DNA of 62,765 nucleotides, the filler included, from Choristocarpus tenellus KU-1152 (Eukaryota > Protista > Phaeophyceae): assembly GCA_964200185.2 (NCBI GenBank). It is 11 parts of 11 records of this genome, joined end to end, with 100 filler letters (N's around TTAATTAATTAA, not from the genome) between each part and the next. Parts side by side here need not be neighbours in the genome. Positions count along the whole stretch, not along the records: positions 48,707 to 53,333 come from CAXNAD020013732.1; positions 53,434 to 59,601 come from CAXNAD020008779.1; positions 59,702 to 62,765 come from CAXNAD020022572.1; 8 more parts are not named here. One strand, given 5' to 3'. The notes below the pieces were generated by a model that worked only from the letters and a program-made list of their open reading frames with translations, was not told the DNA's origin and did not search any database. Both the position numbers and the translations under genes were made by a program. This document shows positions 50,234 through 62,765 of the stretch, in pieces (position 1 is the first letter of the stretch; each line of letters starts with the position of its first letter).

Positions 50234-51045
50234 GATGGAGTGGAGGCGTACCTTCCGTTGGCAGGCCTAGTGGACAAAGATAAGGAGAGGGCTCGTCTGA
50301 CCAAGCAGGCAGAGAAACTGGAGAAGGACATTGCAGGGTTGATAGCGAGACTCAATGCCCCAGGCTTTGCAGACAAGGTGTGGTGGAATGGATAGTACTT
50401 GCAGGGGTTCCGTTCCGCCTCAGGAAATTCCTGGCATTTTAACTGAGGCCGGTTGGGTGCAATGGGTCCGCCTGCGCTGCAGATGTCTCGCATTAATTGT
50501 TTGTTTGATGCATTGTTACGTCCTCATTGTGTCTAGGAGCTGGAATGGTTGTGATTTTGTGGGTTTCCGGTGCTGTTGCTTGTTTTTCAAACCGGTTAAT
50601 GGCTTGATTGAAGTATGAGGTCTTGAAGAAGTAAATGCAAACAAAAATATGGTTGAAGTATTGTTATCACGAGGTCGGGCCCTTATTCATTTATAGTCTA
50701 TCGGTTATATTTAGGATGCTCATCGTTTGTTTGCATCACAACAGGGTATGACAGGCTCCATGACACTTGCAATTTCTTGATACACCCATGGAAGAGGAAA
50801 GTCGTGAACTTGGGGGCAATGGCGCTGGAGCTCTTTAGTACTGTGCTAGGCTTGTGTTAAAAGCATTCTGCATACATGTTTGGGGTCTTTGCTTTACTCT
50901 TTTCCACTCATTAATTTTTTCTCTGTTTTGATCCTGTTCTGTCCAGGCTCCAGCGGCTGTAGTGGAAAAGGCACGAGTGAGCTTACAAGAGCAGAAGGAT
51001 CAGTTGAAGACCGTCAATGAGAGCCTCAGCAATCTGGACAGTTAG
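50234..51045 (+). CDS. valS: Valyl-tRNA synthetase (bacterial/organellar type), last two exons (C-terminal tRNA-binding coiled coil)
   Basis: Exons 50234-50377 and 50947-51045 give DGVEAYLPLAGLVDKDKERARLTKQAEKLEKDIAGLIARLNAPGFADK|APAAVVEKARVSLQEQKDQLKTVNESLSNLDS*. Confidence 0.88.
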
Positions 51046-52671
51046 TTGACTTCCTTTGAACAAAGAATTGATTTTTTTTTCTTTCCACAATAAATAATTG
51101 CAAACATTACAACTATTCACTGTATTTTGAAGTTCAAATGGACAAATCGGGAAAAGAAGCCTTGAATTTATATTTGCCATGAATGATAGTAATACACATA
51201 TTAAAGTAGTCACCCTGCCACACAAACACTAAGAGGAGTACAGAGGAGTGCTTTCGATCAACTCTGGTTGGAGTGGTGCACTCCTGATCGATGTGTCATT
51301 GGAATGTGCAGCAATTAATTTCCTGGGTATTGCTCTCATGAATGATTTTGAAACCTAAAACAGCTACTTAAAACGAACACGTTGTCACAATACAAAAGCT
51401 TTCTATTTCATTTCTATCCTTACTGGTATCAATGGCATCATGGACTGAAGCAGTGCGTCTCAGATACCTCAAAAACAGCTATTGTGGCCAATAGTGACAA
51501 CCTGATCAATTGCTTCACTTCATTCATACACTGTACCATTGTGTCATACCAAGAATTCATGTTGAAGAATCAATGAAACATTTTTTTTGTGAATTAACAT
51601 ATATATATATATATATTGTGATACGTAGTCAGATGTTTCCTACTTGAGTCTCATTATTTATTACCAAAGACAGCAACCACAGATACCCATTATGTCGCTT
51701 CCATAGATGGTGTTGTCGAGAGGGCACATTCTGTCTTTTCAAAATAAATAGATATTTTGAACCAAGGGGCGAGCGTTCTTTTTCTACTTTTTCACAGTTT
51801 AAGAATTAAAGGGTGTAAGGACTGAAACCACATTCTTAACATTGAAAAAAAAAAGTGCAGGCTAATTGAGTCTGAAAGTCTTTAGTACCCCTTCCGGTCA
51901 CCCCATCCCTGTGAATTAGGTTGGAGAGTTAGATGAACCTGCAGAACATTCACTCTGAATTATATTTACATCAGGAGCAACTATTGAAACCCCAGCTAGC
52001 AAAAATAATTACTGCACGGTATCATTTTGAGGGACACATTGTATTACACTTGAGGCAACAATTCTTCATCCCCCAAAAATAATTTTTTCCAACTCCTTGG
52101 GTACAGCATGGCTTACGTATTTTTGGTAGGAATAGTACCTACAATATTTGGACACAGGACTACTCCACAATTTTTGCCCAAGATATCAAGCGAGATGTTG
52201 AGAGTGTATGTGACATTCTGAGATACACCTTTGTGAGCAGTGATTTAACAAATAAGGCACGGACAGAAATTGCAGTTCTCTACATTGTAAAATACCTTGA
52301 GATGCAGTATTAGTTGCATCTATGCCTTCCATCAGTAGTTTACGATGATGCTGCTGTTGCTGTTTTTTTAGACAATGCCACTTCCATCATCCAATGAAGT
52401 TTCACTTAAGAAAAATTTGTACTACCTTGCATCTCCGACCTTCCAATTGTTTTCCCCCCAAAGGGTTTTACCATGCTGTGGTGCATGAAACAAAACTCTC
52501 ACTATGAAAAACATTCTGAGTGGCCCTTTTAGGCATTGTCATTGTTCTGCAGATCGATCCTCACCTTCCTTGGGCAATCCATAATGTTCTTATAACCCCA
52601 AAAGCCAAAATATCATCAAATCATCCACAACTCAATAATAGCTTCCACCCATCTGTTGCACTTGTCCCAAG

Positions 52672-53005
52672 CTAGTCTCGATTACCGAGGATCTCTTGGA
52701 TGGTATTTGACACAAGGCACATGCTATGGTTGGCCCCACAAGCAACTATGTCAAAAACTCTCTGAAACTCTTTCAATTCTTTTACCAAGGCTTCGTCGTG
52801 AGCACAGCAGTCCACACCAAGGTCTGCCCGACTCTCACTTGAGAAGTGATAGTTGAAGAACCCAATCTTGACGCATTCATCCCTTTCACCCATCCCATCT
52901 GCAGATTGAGCGTCTCCAGTGCCATCTCCCACAAGTACCACACAGCGACGGTAGTAATGTTTGGCAAAGTACACCTCCTCCCTTACAACGGTCTTGCTCT
53001 TGTTC
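52672..53005 (-). CDS. Pyrimidine 5'-nucleotidase (NT5C3/UMPH-1, HAD family), last exon
   Basis: After a CAG acceptor: NK...RRCVVLVGDGTGDAQSADG...KIGFFN...FDIV, the NT5C3-type C-terminal motifs. Convergent with ValRS. Confidence 0.75.
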
Positions 53006-53776
53006 CTGAACAATCAGGTAACCCCCCAGGAGAATGGAACACCAATATGAGAGGGAGAGAAAAACAAAGAGAAGGTATCTAGTGTCGGCAAAAGCATAAA
53101 AAAATTGGTTGCAGTTCAGTTGGTGCGGCGTTATGGTTATGTAAGAAAACATTGACGGTAAGAGTATGTCCAATTCCATACACCATCAGTGGAATGATTT
53201 GTATTGTTGTATTGCTCCCCTTGCCTCTGATTTCACTGCTTTTGTTGGATATCAGAAAGCCTGCCCCCCCATCCCCCCACCCCCCCAGCACCCACAACCC
53301 CACCCCACTCCCCCACCACACAACCACACAACANNNNNNNNNNNNNNNNNNNNNNNNNNNNNNNNNNNNNNNNNNNNTTAATTAATTAANNNNNNNNNNN
53401 NNNNNNNNNNNNNNNNNNNNNNNNNNNNNNNNNGCAATGAGAAAGGACTGGAGGGGGCGGGGGGGGGGGTCAATCACTTGTGGTGGCAAGCAGGAGGATT
53501 GACAATGAGGTATTTGTGTAAAGTTGAGTCTTTTTGGTACATGCATTTTATATACATGGGGAGGAGAGAATATATATTATAGAAACGATACTATTTCATC
53601 CAGAGAGGTGTGCTCTGATATGAGAGGATCAGAGACGACATCAACGAATCAGAGACACTTTTCCCCTCACAAAAATATATCCGAAACAAATCCTCTTGGA
53701 GATTGGACCAAACAGCAAACTGGGAAATACTCAATAATTAGGGTTGTGAATTCAAAGAATTAATGGGTTGTGTCGA

Positions 53777-54035
53777 GAGTGAAAGTATCTTACAGGGTAC
53801 GAGTTTTGCCCTGTTTGTCCATTTAGGACTTGGCTTTCCATGAGTTTTTTTAATGACATTTTCCAACTCCAAAATGTGTCGGAGTAGGTAAAATGTGTGC
53901 GTTATGAAAAGGTTTGCCTGGAACAAGGATATCGACACTTCTTGACAGACACGATAGCCAAAATTACAACAAAATCACAACATTGGATTTTGGCCCCAAA
54001 TGGACGCGGCGCTACCCTCTAAGATACTTTGGCTC
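53777..54035. mobile_element. MITE family B, full copy
   Basis: TIRs GAGTGAAAGTATCTTACAGGGTA and TACCCTCTAAGATACTTTGGCTC; TCGA/TCGA 4-bp duplication. Confidence 0.9.
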
Positions 54036-54632
54036 TCGATTGACTTGAAGTGATTCGATAAATTTGATTGAACAAAAGCATATGCAAAGTGCATGAGGTG
54101 AGGCCCTGCAACTTGTCTTGCTTCATGAAGTGGGTATGAGGAGACAGGCGCCAAGTATTACGAGCAATTTGAAGAGTGAATAACACAATGTGAATATGCA
54201 CAAAGAAAAATATTTAGTCTCGACTATTTTTCGGCTAGTCAAATCAGAACAATTGAATTGTTCAATTCACAATACTAAATGTATGTATATATATGTTGGT
54301 TTTTACCCTCCTTCTCTTCCTTGGAATGAGTTACTAAGCAAACATTGTCTTTTGAACTATTGGAGTTAAATTGCAGATATACTCTATTGTAATATCCAAA
54401 TACTGCCAAATGTTTGACATATCCTACGGGGGAATCCCCTACGGAGCACCAGCATTGCTGCCAATGCCAGATCCCAATACACTATACTATTGAAACTCAA
54501 CAAGCTATAGCGCTAAAGGTTTCCTTAACTTCCAAATCCAATTCCCTGGCCCCTCCCCCCATGAAACGATAAATACAAAGTCCCCACGACAAACATCAAG
54601 CAGAGCCTACTGTAGGTCAGAACAGTACACAC

Positions 54633-56907
54633 CTATGGGTGTTGGAATAATCTCAAGGTAATCTGTCACTGTATCAACATCCACTGGCTCCCGAAATGGC
54701 CACGCGTTTTCATTCTTCTCCACTTGTCGCCAAATGGCGGTCAATTCCTTATGGAGCTTTGCCCTGTCCCTCCCACAGCTGATCTGTGTTTGCTTGCTAA
54801 CCTCGTCCACTGTCCACCCAGCATCGAGAACACCTGAGTGGAGAAGGGGTGGAGGTTGTGGATGTGGTGTGGGAGAGCAGCCTTTTCCACTATTGTCTTA
54901 TTCTTGAGCCCCCTCAGTAGTGTGGCAGGCAGGAGGAGGGTAGTGAGAAGGAGGTTAAAGTTCAAAATACATAGAGAACAAATGCTGTGGGACACAAGGA
55001 AACATTGCTGTGACAAAATCTGCAAAAAGTTCTCATTGCTGGCTTGGGTTCTTGCATCTATAGCAGAGCAAGGAAAAAACGAGTCTTTCTGGTGTACAGG
55101 ATGGTGATAGAAAGGGGGGGCACAGCAGCTGTAACACTGCTGGGGACTTGAGACATCAACATTGAGCTAGTGCATTACAAAGTCAACATCTACACTGTGC
55201 ACAAGGAGAAGTGAAGCAGGGTAAAGCAACAAATGAGACCAATAATTACTGCCAAATAAATCTCCAATTGGATGCAATTTGTGCCATAGGGAATATTTTA
55301 TTTAACCAACCAGGAATCTGCAGTGGGTCAGCAGTCTTGCCCTTCTTAAAACATGCCAGGCCTGGGTACACTGTCGGGCACTTGATATGTTCCAGGATGC
55401 ATTCCACAATGAAGGCCCTCTGTTTCCTCAACATTTCCGCTTGCTCCAAGTAGGGAATAGTAGGATGGATATAGCACTCCATATGTGTACCTCCGTCATA
55501 GTCCTTGACATAGCCTACCCTACGAGTAAGGAAGACCAAGAATCCATTGGTTGAGTCATGGTAAGGGACACGTGCATATGGGAAGGACTGGTTCCCAAGA
55601 TCAGTGTTTTCACGCCTAGAAGCCGCAGTTACACACCTAAATCTAAGCTGACTCCCACGAATGAAAAATATCAGACCCAAAGTATCTGGGGGGAGAGGCA
55701 GCTGTCCATTCTGCGTCCATTTTTCCATGCCGTAATTTTTTAGTGAATTGCTTGCATGCGTCGGATGGATAATGTAAGTGCGCTTTTCCTGGTCAGGGCT
55801 CAAATGGATACCCTGGTGTAGACTCCCCCTCCCCCCCCAGATACTTTGAGCCTCATATCTTTAATATATAGCTATCCGTGCAGTAGATTAGACTAGTGCA
55901 GTTTTTGTGGAGCTTTGCGAATATTCTACAATTGCTAGATGCGATGACTCAGTCATTGATATATCAATTTATATATGGATATTTCTAGAGAGTGATCATT
56001 GTCGAATGAAATACCAATTTGCAAATCGGGGTTATGCACGAGAACTCACATGTCATACGCACGCTTTCATGGCTCGTAAGTGTTGGGATTTGAACGATTT
56101 ATGATATACATGTACCTACCCACACGGTGGTGGCCAATAGATTGACGTGTAGGTGTCTACGTTTTGGTTGCACGACTTCATGCATGGCATTTGACGCATA
56201 TCATCCTGCTTGCATCCTAGTTCTCACCAGCGATCTTTTGACATGCTGATAGTGCGACTGAACCCCTGCTTGGCGAAGTATCCAATGGCGAAATTGTCGG
56301 CGTAGGTCTGGAAATAGCTAATACCTTGGAGCTTCGTGTGCTCCTTTAGCTCATTCATGAGCCTGCTACCATATCCCTTGATCTGCTCGGTGGTGGTCAC
56401 TGCACAGAAGACAATCTCGACAAAATTTTGCTCGTAGAAGGGGCGGTACGAGATGCCGCCGATGGGCACGCCACCTCTGGATAGGACCAGGGATTGGTGC
56501 TTGCGGTCGAAGACGAGTCGCACGATGTACTCCTTTGGCATCTTGGGGAGTTGGCGGTGGAAAATCTCTTTGAGACCGATCAGCATCATCATATGATCAG
56601 GATCTCCGTCATTGGTGATGACTTCGACCTTAAGATCATCCTCTGGGCCACTTTCCACACTGCCCGTGTTTCTAACGTCTACGTTCTCGTGACTAGCTGC
56701 AGACTCGCAATCTTCGACAAGGTTGAGACCGGACTGAGTGATCCCCGACACACTTGCAGTCTCGACAGGAGCTCGTGTTAGTGCTCTCGTTAGTCGCAGT
56801 CTCTTCACTCCTGCATCTTCTTCTAAACCACCACCCAGCCTCTTGCCACCCAATCTCTGAGTCGTAGCATCGCCATGTCCAGGATCTTTAAGACGAGGGT
56901 CACTCAT
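54633..56907 (-). CDS. GCN5: Histone acetyltransferase GCN5 (GNAT domain plus start of bromodomain), first three exons
   Basis: Exons 56228-56907 (QLPKMPKEYIVRLVFD, EIVFCAV, QIKGYG, TYADNFAIGYFAKQGF), 55311-55519 (GYVKDYDGGTHMEC) and 54633-54833 (AWPFREPVD...DYLEIIPTPI). Phases are consistent. Confidence 0.95.
55674..55852. mobile_element. MITE family A, full copy in GCN5 intron 1
   Basis: TIRs GACCCAAAGTATCTGGGGGG and CCCCCCAGATACTTTGAGCC; TCA/TCA duplication. Confidence 0.9.
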
Positions 56908-57670
<763 letters not shown>

Positions 57671-57743
57671 AGCACCATCAACACGATTCTTCCTGACATA
57701 TGAACCTGGTTCAACTCTCGTGGTGGACCTAATCACAGTACCT

Positions 57744-57764
57744 GGTGTTTTCTAAACACCACCC
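57744..57764 (+). promoter_or_regulatory. Histone 3'-UTR stem-loop-like element
   Basis: GGTGTTT-TCT-AAACACC hairpin followed by ACCC, starting 74 nt after the H4 stop codon. Confidence 0.7.
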
Positions 57765-59438
57765 TTTCACAAAGAAATCTCTTGAACCAGTAGGTCTGCC
57801 CATCAACCACTGGCGCCAGTTTGGGGTGTGTCCAGAACCCCCCCCCAAGTTTTAAACACGCTATATCATCCTTGGTAACTCCTTTGCATGTGCTAGGATA
57901 CGACACTCTTATGTTTCTTCCTACGTCATCCCTGGCCCACTTTTTCTCACCCTACCTCACTCACAAGATCATGTCGTGTAAAGTACAGGCCGTGCAACAA
58001 CACATTCAATGACCTCTAGTCCTAAACCTCTTTCATACACTCAGTTCCTGTCTCCACCATGTAGAGTGGCCCATAATCCAAAACATCAAGAGAATATATT
58101 AGTTTAGTTAGAATGTGTAGAATTTTTTCTCGTGGTCTAACAAATGCAACGAAGAGGCTCTTACACTCTTCATGCTCTGCCTTCGTGCTGAAGGCTGCAA
58201 CTGTGTAACCCATTGTTGCAGAGCACAAGGGTCTTGACATACCCTGGGCTCTATCTCCATCTGCTTGTGTTGGTGTTGATGTGGGCTTTGACTGTTTTTA
58301 ACTGTCTTTGTTGCAAAGTTTTGGATCGGACTATGAGATAACTCACCATGGCACTAGGGGTACCTTGCTGGGCTGTCTACAAAACCAAGAGTTCGTAACT
58401 GTGATCAGGAACCCACCCCACTCCTTCCCAGTCCTGATTCAGGTAAAGCTGATGGAATGTTCTGAGAGTGTCTTTTGTTGAGTTAATGATGTTTTTTTAA
58501 TGAAGCTCTGTGTTTTTCAATGTCACATCGCTCGTGTGGAAATTGTCTTCTGTTATTTGCAGGGTTAGTTGCTGCAACTCTGACATCTAGTGTGCTCTGT
58601 TGGTATGTACTGTTGTTGATCTTGTGTATGTATTTCTACTGAGTGCACTGTACGCTGTGTCCTGAGGGCTACACTATGCGTACACATGTCCCTCAGTCGA
58701 ATATGCTCTAGTTTATCACATGCTGCCATAGAGTATGTCTCAGCAGTCACACCTTGTGAGCCTTTCCACCTTCAAATGTAATTATTGGCTTATACTTCTA
58801 TTGATTGAATGTGATCACCAAGATGAATAATAGATGAGATTGAGGGGATGCTACAGTGAAAATTTCAGAGTGAAGGAATCCTGTTTGACCCGGCAAGGAG
58901 GCTATTCTATCGATCGACATATTAATTTTGGCACCATGTACCTTCCACCTTGCTACTGCTATGTTGGTTTGGTTCTTGGTGTGGTTTGTGTTCATGCTCT
59001 CCCAAAAAGGTTGGTGTGAGTGTGTCTGGATTTATCTACACTGCTATGGGGGCATGATTGTCCCATGTCATACGTACCTGGAGTGATGATGATGAGTTCA
59101 GCAAGATACTCCAATAATATAGGTGGGGAGGGTTGTGGAGATTTGAATTATTGGGTAGATGTGGGCAAGGAGGGTGGGGGGTGGGGGGTACTAAGAGATC
59201 TGGACAGCACCTTTTGTAGAATTTCTGACATTATGACAGATTTCCAACATTATAAAAGAAAAAAGGACTCTCATGGTCAAGTTAGAGTGTAGGTCGGGGT
59301 TATGGTTGGTGGGACAGTATGGCAGTATAAGATACAAACTTAGGGTTCAAACCTCCCAGCAAATTTTGTTGAAGGCGAAAGGCTTTGCCTTATGCTATCG
59401 GCTGCCAATCACAGATCTTGTGCCTGTCGAGAAGCTCT

Positions 59439-59601
59439 GGCTCAACGTATCTGGGGGGGGGGGGTGGCAGCTGTCCATTCAGGGACTATTTCTCCATGTC
59501 GCAATTTTTGGGTGATGTGGTTTGCATGTGTTGGATGGATAATGTAAGTGCACTTCTCTTGGTCAGGGCCCTAATGGACACCCTGGTGTAGCCCCCCCCC
59601 C
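59439..59601. mobile_element. MITE family A copy cut by contig end
   Basis: GGCTCAACGTATCTGGGG...GCAGCTGTCCATT...ATGGACACCCTGGTGTAG. Confidence 0.85.
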
Positions 59602-60773
59602 NNNNNNNNNNNNNNNNNNNNNNNNNNNNNNNNNNNNNNNNNNNNTTAATTAATTAANNNNNNNNNNNNNNNNNNNNNNNNNNNNNNNNNNNNNNNNNNN
59701 NTACCCCATTCCATTGGTGGTATTCACCGCCGGTCTTTTTGTATGTACCCCCCACCCCCCACCCCCCAGTAATACCACTACTACTAATGCTGCTGGTACT
59801 ACAAACTACTCTCAGGAGAATGCAACAATACTATATGAATAGTTATAATATCGATCAACATCCAAGCTCAGGAGCAATTGGGAGGGAGTTCATCGTTGGC
59901 GCTCTCCTTTTACAAGCGAACCTTGTCCTTGACTACTGTAGAGGCAGGCGTAACTGCAATGTCTCATGCCCCATGTGTATGTACAAAGGTCTTGGTCAAG
60001 AAGAACATTACAGTTATTACAGTCACAGTAGTTACAGTTACCACCAGTGCATTGGTCCATTCCGTTTAAGAAAATAAAAACCAAGAAAAAAAATCTAACC
60101 AGTCCCTGCTTAGATTAGAAGAGACCTCTATGTTTTATCTTGTTAGGTGCATCCAAAAGTTCCATGAATTCCACTAAAACATACAAAATTAAAACTAAGA
60201 CGTTTTTTTCCTCTGGTGAGCATCAGTTCTTGTAATGATAAAGAGTCCTATTGAGACTATAGAAATAGTTGTGCAACATCCGAGAGGGCATTTGTAAGAC
60301 CTCCAGAACCCCCCCCCCCCGAACATCTGATATTAATGGCATCTTGTACATTAATAGTCAGTTCAACTATCTGTTTTAACTGAAGCGATACAGAGGGAGT
60401 AAGTACATGTTACAATTCTCTTCAATTCGAAGAGGCTTATTAAAAAAAAAAATCAACACCCTCCAGGAAATAAACACGCAAAGAGTGAGACCTCAATGCC
60501 AACGGCCCCACCATTTTCCAAAAATCACTCTATTTTTTTTTTACCTCAAGGTAAAATGAGAGACCACACAATCCCTCCCCAGGCTGTCAAAAACTTCACT
60601 CTCGATACACCAACATCAACCTCAACAACATTTAACAATCAATGACTCTTTCAAATATCCAATCACCTGCAACAACAAAAAATGTCCCAGTGAACCCTGA
60701 ACCGAAGTCCCAACCATCACACCCAAGTAAAGTAAGTACCAACAAAAAAAAGTGCTGAAGTACTTCCCAGTAC

Positions 60774-60874
60774 CTGGTATGGAAGTTTCTGTCGGCTCCC
60801 TCACAGGAATCTTGAACCCCTCCGAGATATCCCCAACGGTGGAGTTCTTCATCCAAGTGGCGTCCATTCGAGTC
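60774..60874 (-). other. Possible isolated exon of an unidentified gene
   Basis: GC-richer segment bounded by GCAG| and |GTACTG, open as DSNGRHLDEELHRWGYLGGVQDSCEGADRNFHT. No recognisable motif. Confidence 0.25.
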
Positions 60875-62306
60875 CTGCGTCCAACCCAACAGACCCAATC
60901 ATGGCAGGACACCAAAAAGTCTTTAGTGATGACTCTCTACCAAGGTTAGGGTTAGGGTGTCATTTTTCAGGCGAACACCACTGACTAGTTAGGAACATTC
61001 CTACCTTCTGCAAAACTACTGATATATTTCCAAGTCGGTGGAGCAGTATGACGTTATGACATTTTACCTCAGACGGTACAAGCAATTCCGCGCATACCGC
61101 CAATATGGATACATATTTTCTTATCTAAAGCACTGCTTGAATAGTCTTCACCCTAACCCTAACCCAGAGTAGAAGAACTGCACCACTTGGGTTATTATAT
61201 ATATATTTTTCATTTATAATTTGTTATTCAAACCTGTTTCGTTTATCATCCTATCAGATCATTTCTTAATTAATAGATTAAAAAAATAATTTACTTCAAC
61301 TCTCTAACACAGAGTTTGCTAAAGAACACAGTTATGTTTTTTTTTTTAGCAAGTTCAAAGTAAAGATGCTCAAAATCCTCTTCTAACCCTAACCCCCTAA
61401 CATGTCAACAACAACGAGGAGACCCAGCAGCGGTAGAGGAACCCTAACCCTAAAGATGCTACCTGTAACTCAAATTGACCAATCCGTGAGAATCCCAAAC
61501 ACCAACTGATACTGCACCAATGGACATCAAAGTTACTTAGAACACTCAATTGTTTGGGCACGATCAACTCGCTGTACTTGGAAGCATTAGCCTTTCATGA
61601 CAAACAGACACACACACACACAAAAGCAGGCATTGTGTTCTAGCAAAAGAATTGTCGCAATCAACCCCCCTTCACAAAAAAAACAAAACTTTCTGTTGCC
61701 TTGGAAGTGCTTCAAAGAAAGTCTGCAAGGCACGGCTACAGCATATTGTGTCCTCCTGCATCAAATTTTTCCTTCACAGCACACAACAGATTCAATTAGC
61801 CCTGACCCTATGCCCCTCACCCTAAACCACTAGAGCAATTCATTGATTGGTGGAGGGACACAGTGAACACATCACTGTGTCCAAGTACATCTCCAAGTAA
61901 AAACACATACGACCAGAATTATACTCGGAGGAGCTTCAAACAAGGGGCGAGGGCAGAATAGTCCTCTCTAAGATCAATAAGAGAGTGTCTTCAAGATAGG
62001 GAAGGCGGTGATGACAAAAGTCCAGCAGTTGAATAGAGGCAGTTTTTAGTTTTCCTGCATATTTGAGCATAATGGTTGGTTTAAAGGGGACAAGTGGACA
62101 CTGCTGACTGGCCAACTGTCGTGAACGAGGTGCATGTGATGTAAAAAACAAACAAACACAATCCTGTCTTCTCATTGGTATTGCAACATCAGTCAAACTT
62201 CACTTCCGTTTGTCACAACTAGAAACTAACCTTCAGGATACACCAGCGAATTCAGTCGAGATGTTCTCAACTGAGCTTAAGGTTATCGACAAGTCTACGT
62301 GCACAG

Positions 62307-62308
62307 GG

Positions 62309-62339
<31 letters not shown>

Positions 62340-62350
62340 ACAGGCAGGCA
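62307..62350. repeat. (GGCA)n tetranucleotide repeat
   Basis: About 11 units, one GACA variant. Confidence 0.9.
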
Positions 62351-62673
62351 AAGGCTACCGACATGAAGGGCCTCCAGATTTCATTCCATCAACAGTAGTA
62401 GAGACACCCAGCAACAACCTATTATTAATACACAGTCATGGCTCTAGTCAACACAAGAGTCGCCCACCAAACAAAACACAGCCCTCTAGTAAGCACAAGA
62501 AAAGAGGACCTATTCCCATTGCCGCACTGGCTCTTTCTTTACCCTGCCAAAAAAAGAAAAAAAAAAAAACACACACACACAACAGTAGTAGCCTATTACT
62601 TCGCACCCAACACGCTAAGAGTTCATTCTAAGAAGTAGAAACTAAACACAGACTCACTATATAACTCACTATA

Positions 62674-62706
<33 letters not shown>

Positions 62707-62765
62707 ACCAAAAAAAAAAAAAAAAAAAAAAAAAAAACAACAACAACCACCCCCCCCCAGCCCCC

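Overview
This is eukaryotic, intron-rich nuclear DNA, most likely from a brown alga or related stramenopile (inferred from the gene families, GT-AG introns and TTAGGG repeat). It is not one locus: 11 contigs are joined by ten identical artificial 100-bp spacers (N44-TTAATTAATTAA-N44). I reconstructed spliced genes by hand from splice signals and phase continuity: a large multi-EF-hand protein, a glycosyltransferase-like gene with two in-frame TGA codons, the 3' end of condensin CAP-H, an intronless BTB-(TLDc-like)-BTB protein, the 5' end of an SLC26/SulP transporter, a CIR1-like gene head-to-head with a secreted TylF-like/GT2-like protein, the 3' ends of ValRS and pyrimidine 5'-nucleotidase, and GCN5 head-to-head with histone H4 (H4 has a 3' stem-loop). 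Repeats include two related MITE families sharing an AAAGTATCT terminal core, plus DIRS-like, piggyBac-like and copia-like relics. The most unusual signal is roughly 50 short interstitial (TTAGGG)2-5 tracts in both orientations. Where the ancestral sequence can be read (a 30-bp minisatellite, DIRS RT and RNase H frames), they replace existing DNA rather than just inserting. They also occur in frame in a coding exon and form splice donors. This suggests a frequent telomerase-templated break-repair or overwriting process (inference).
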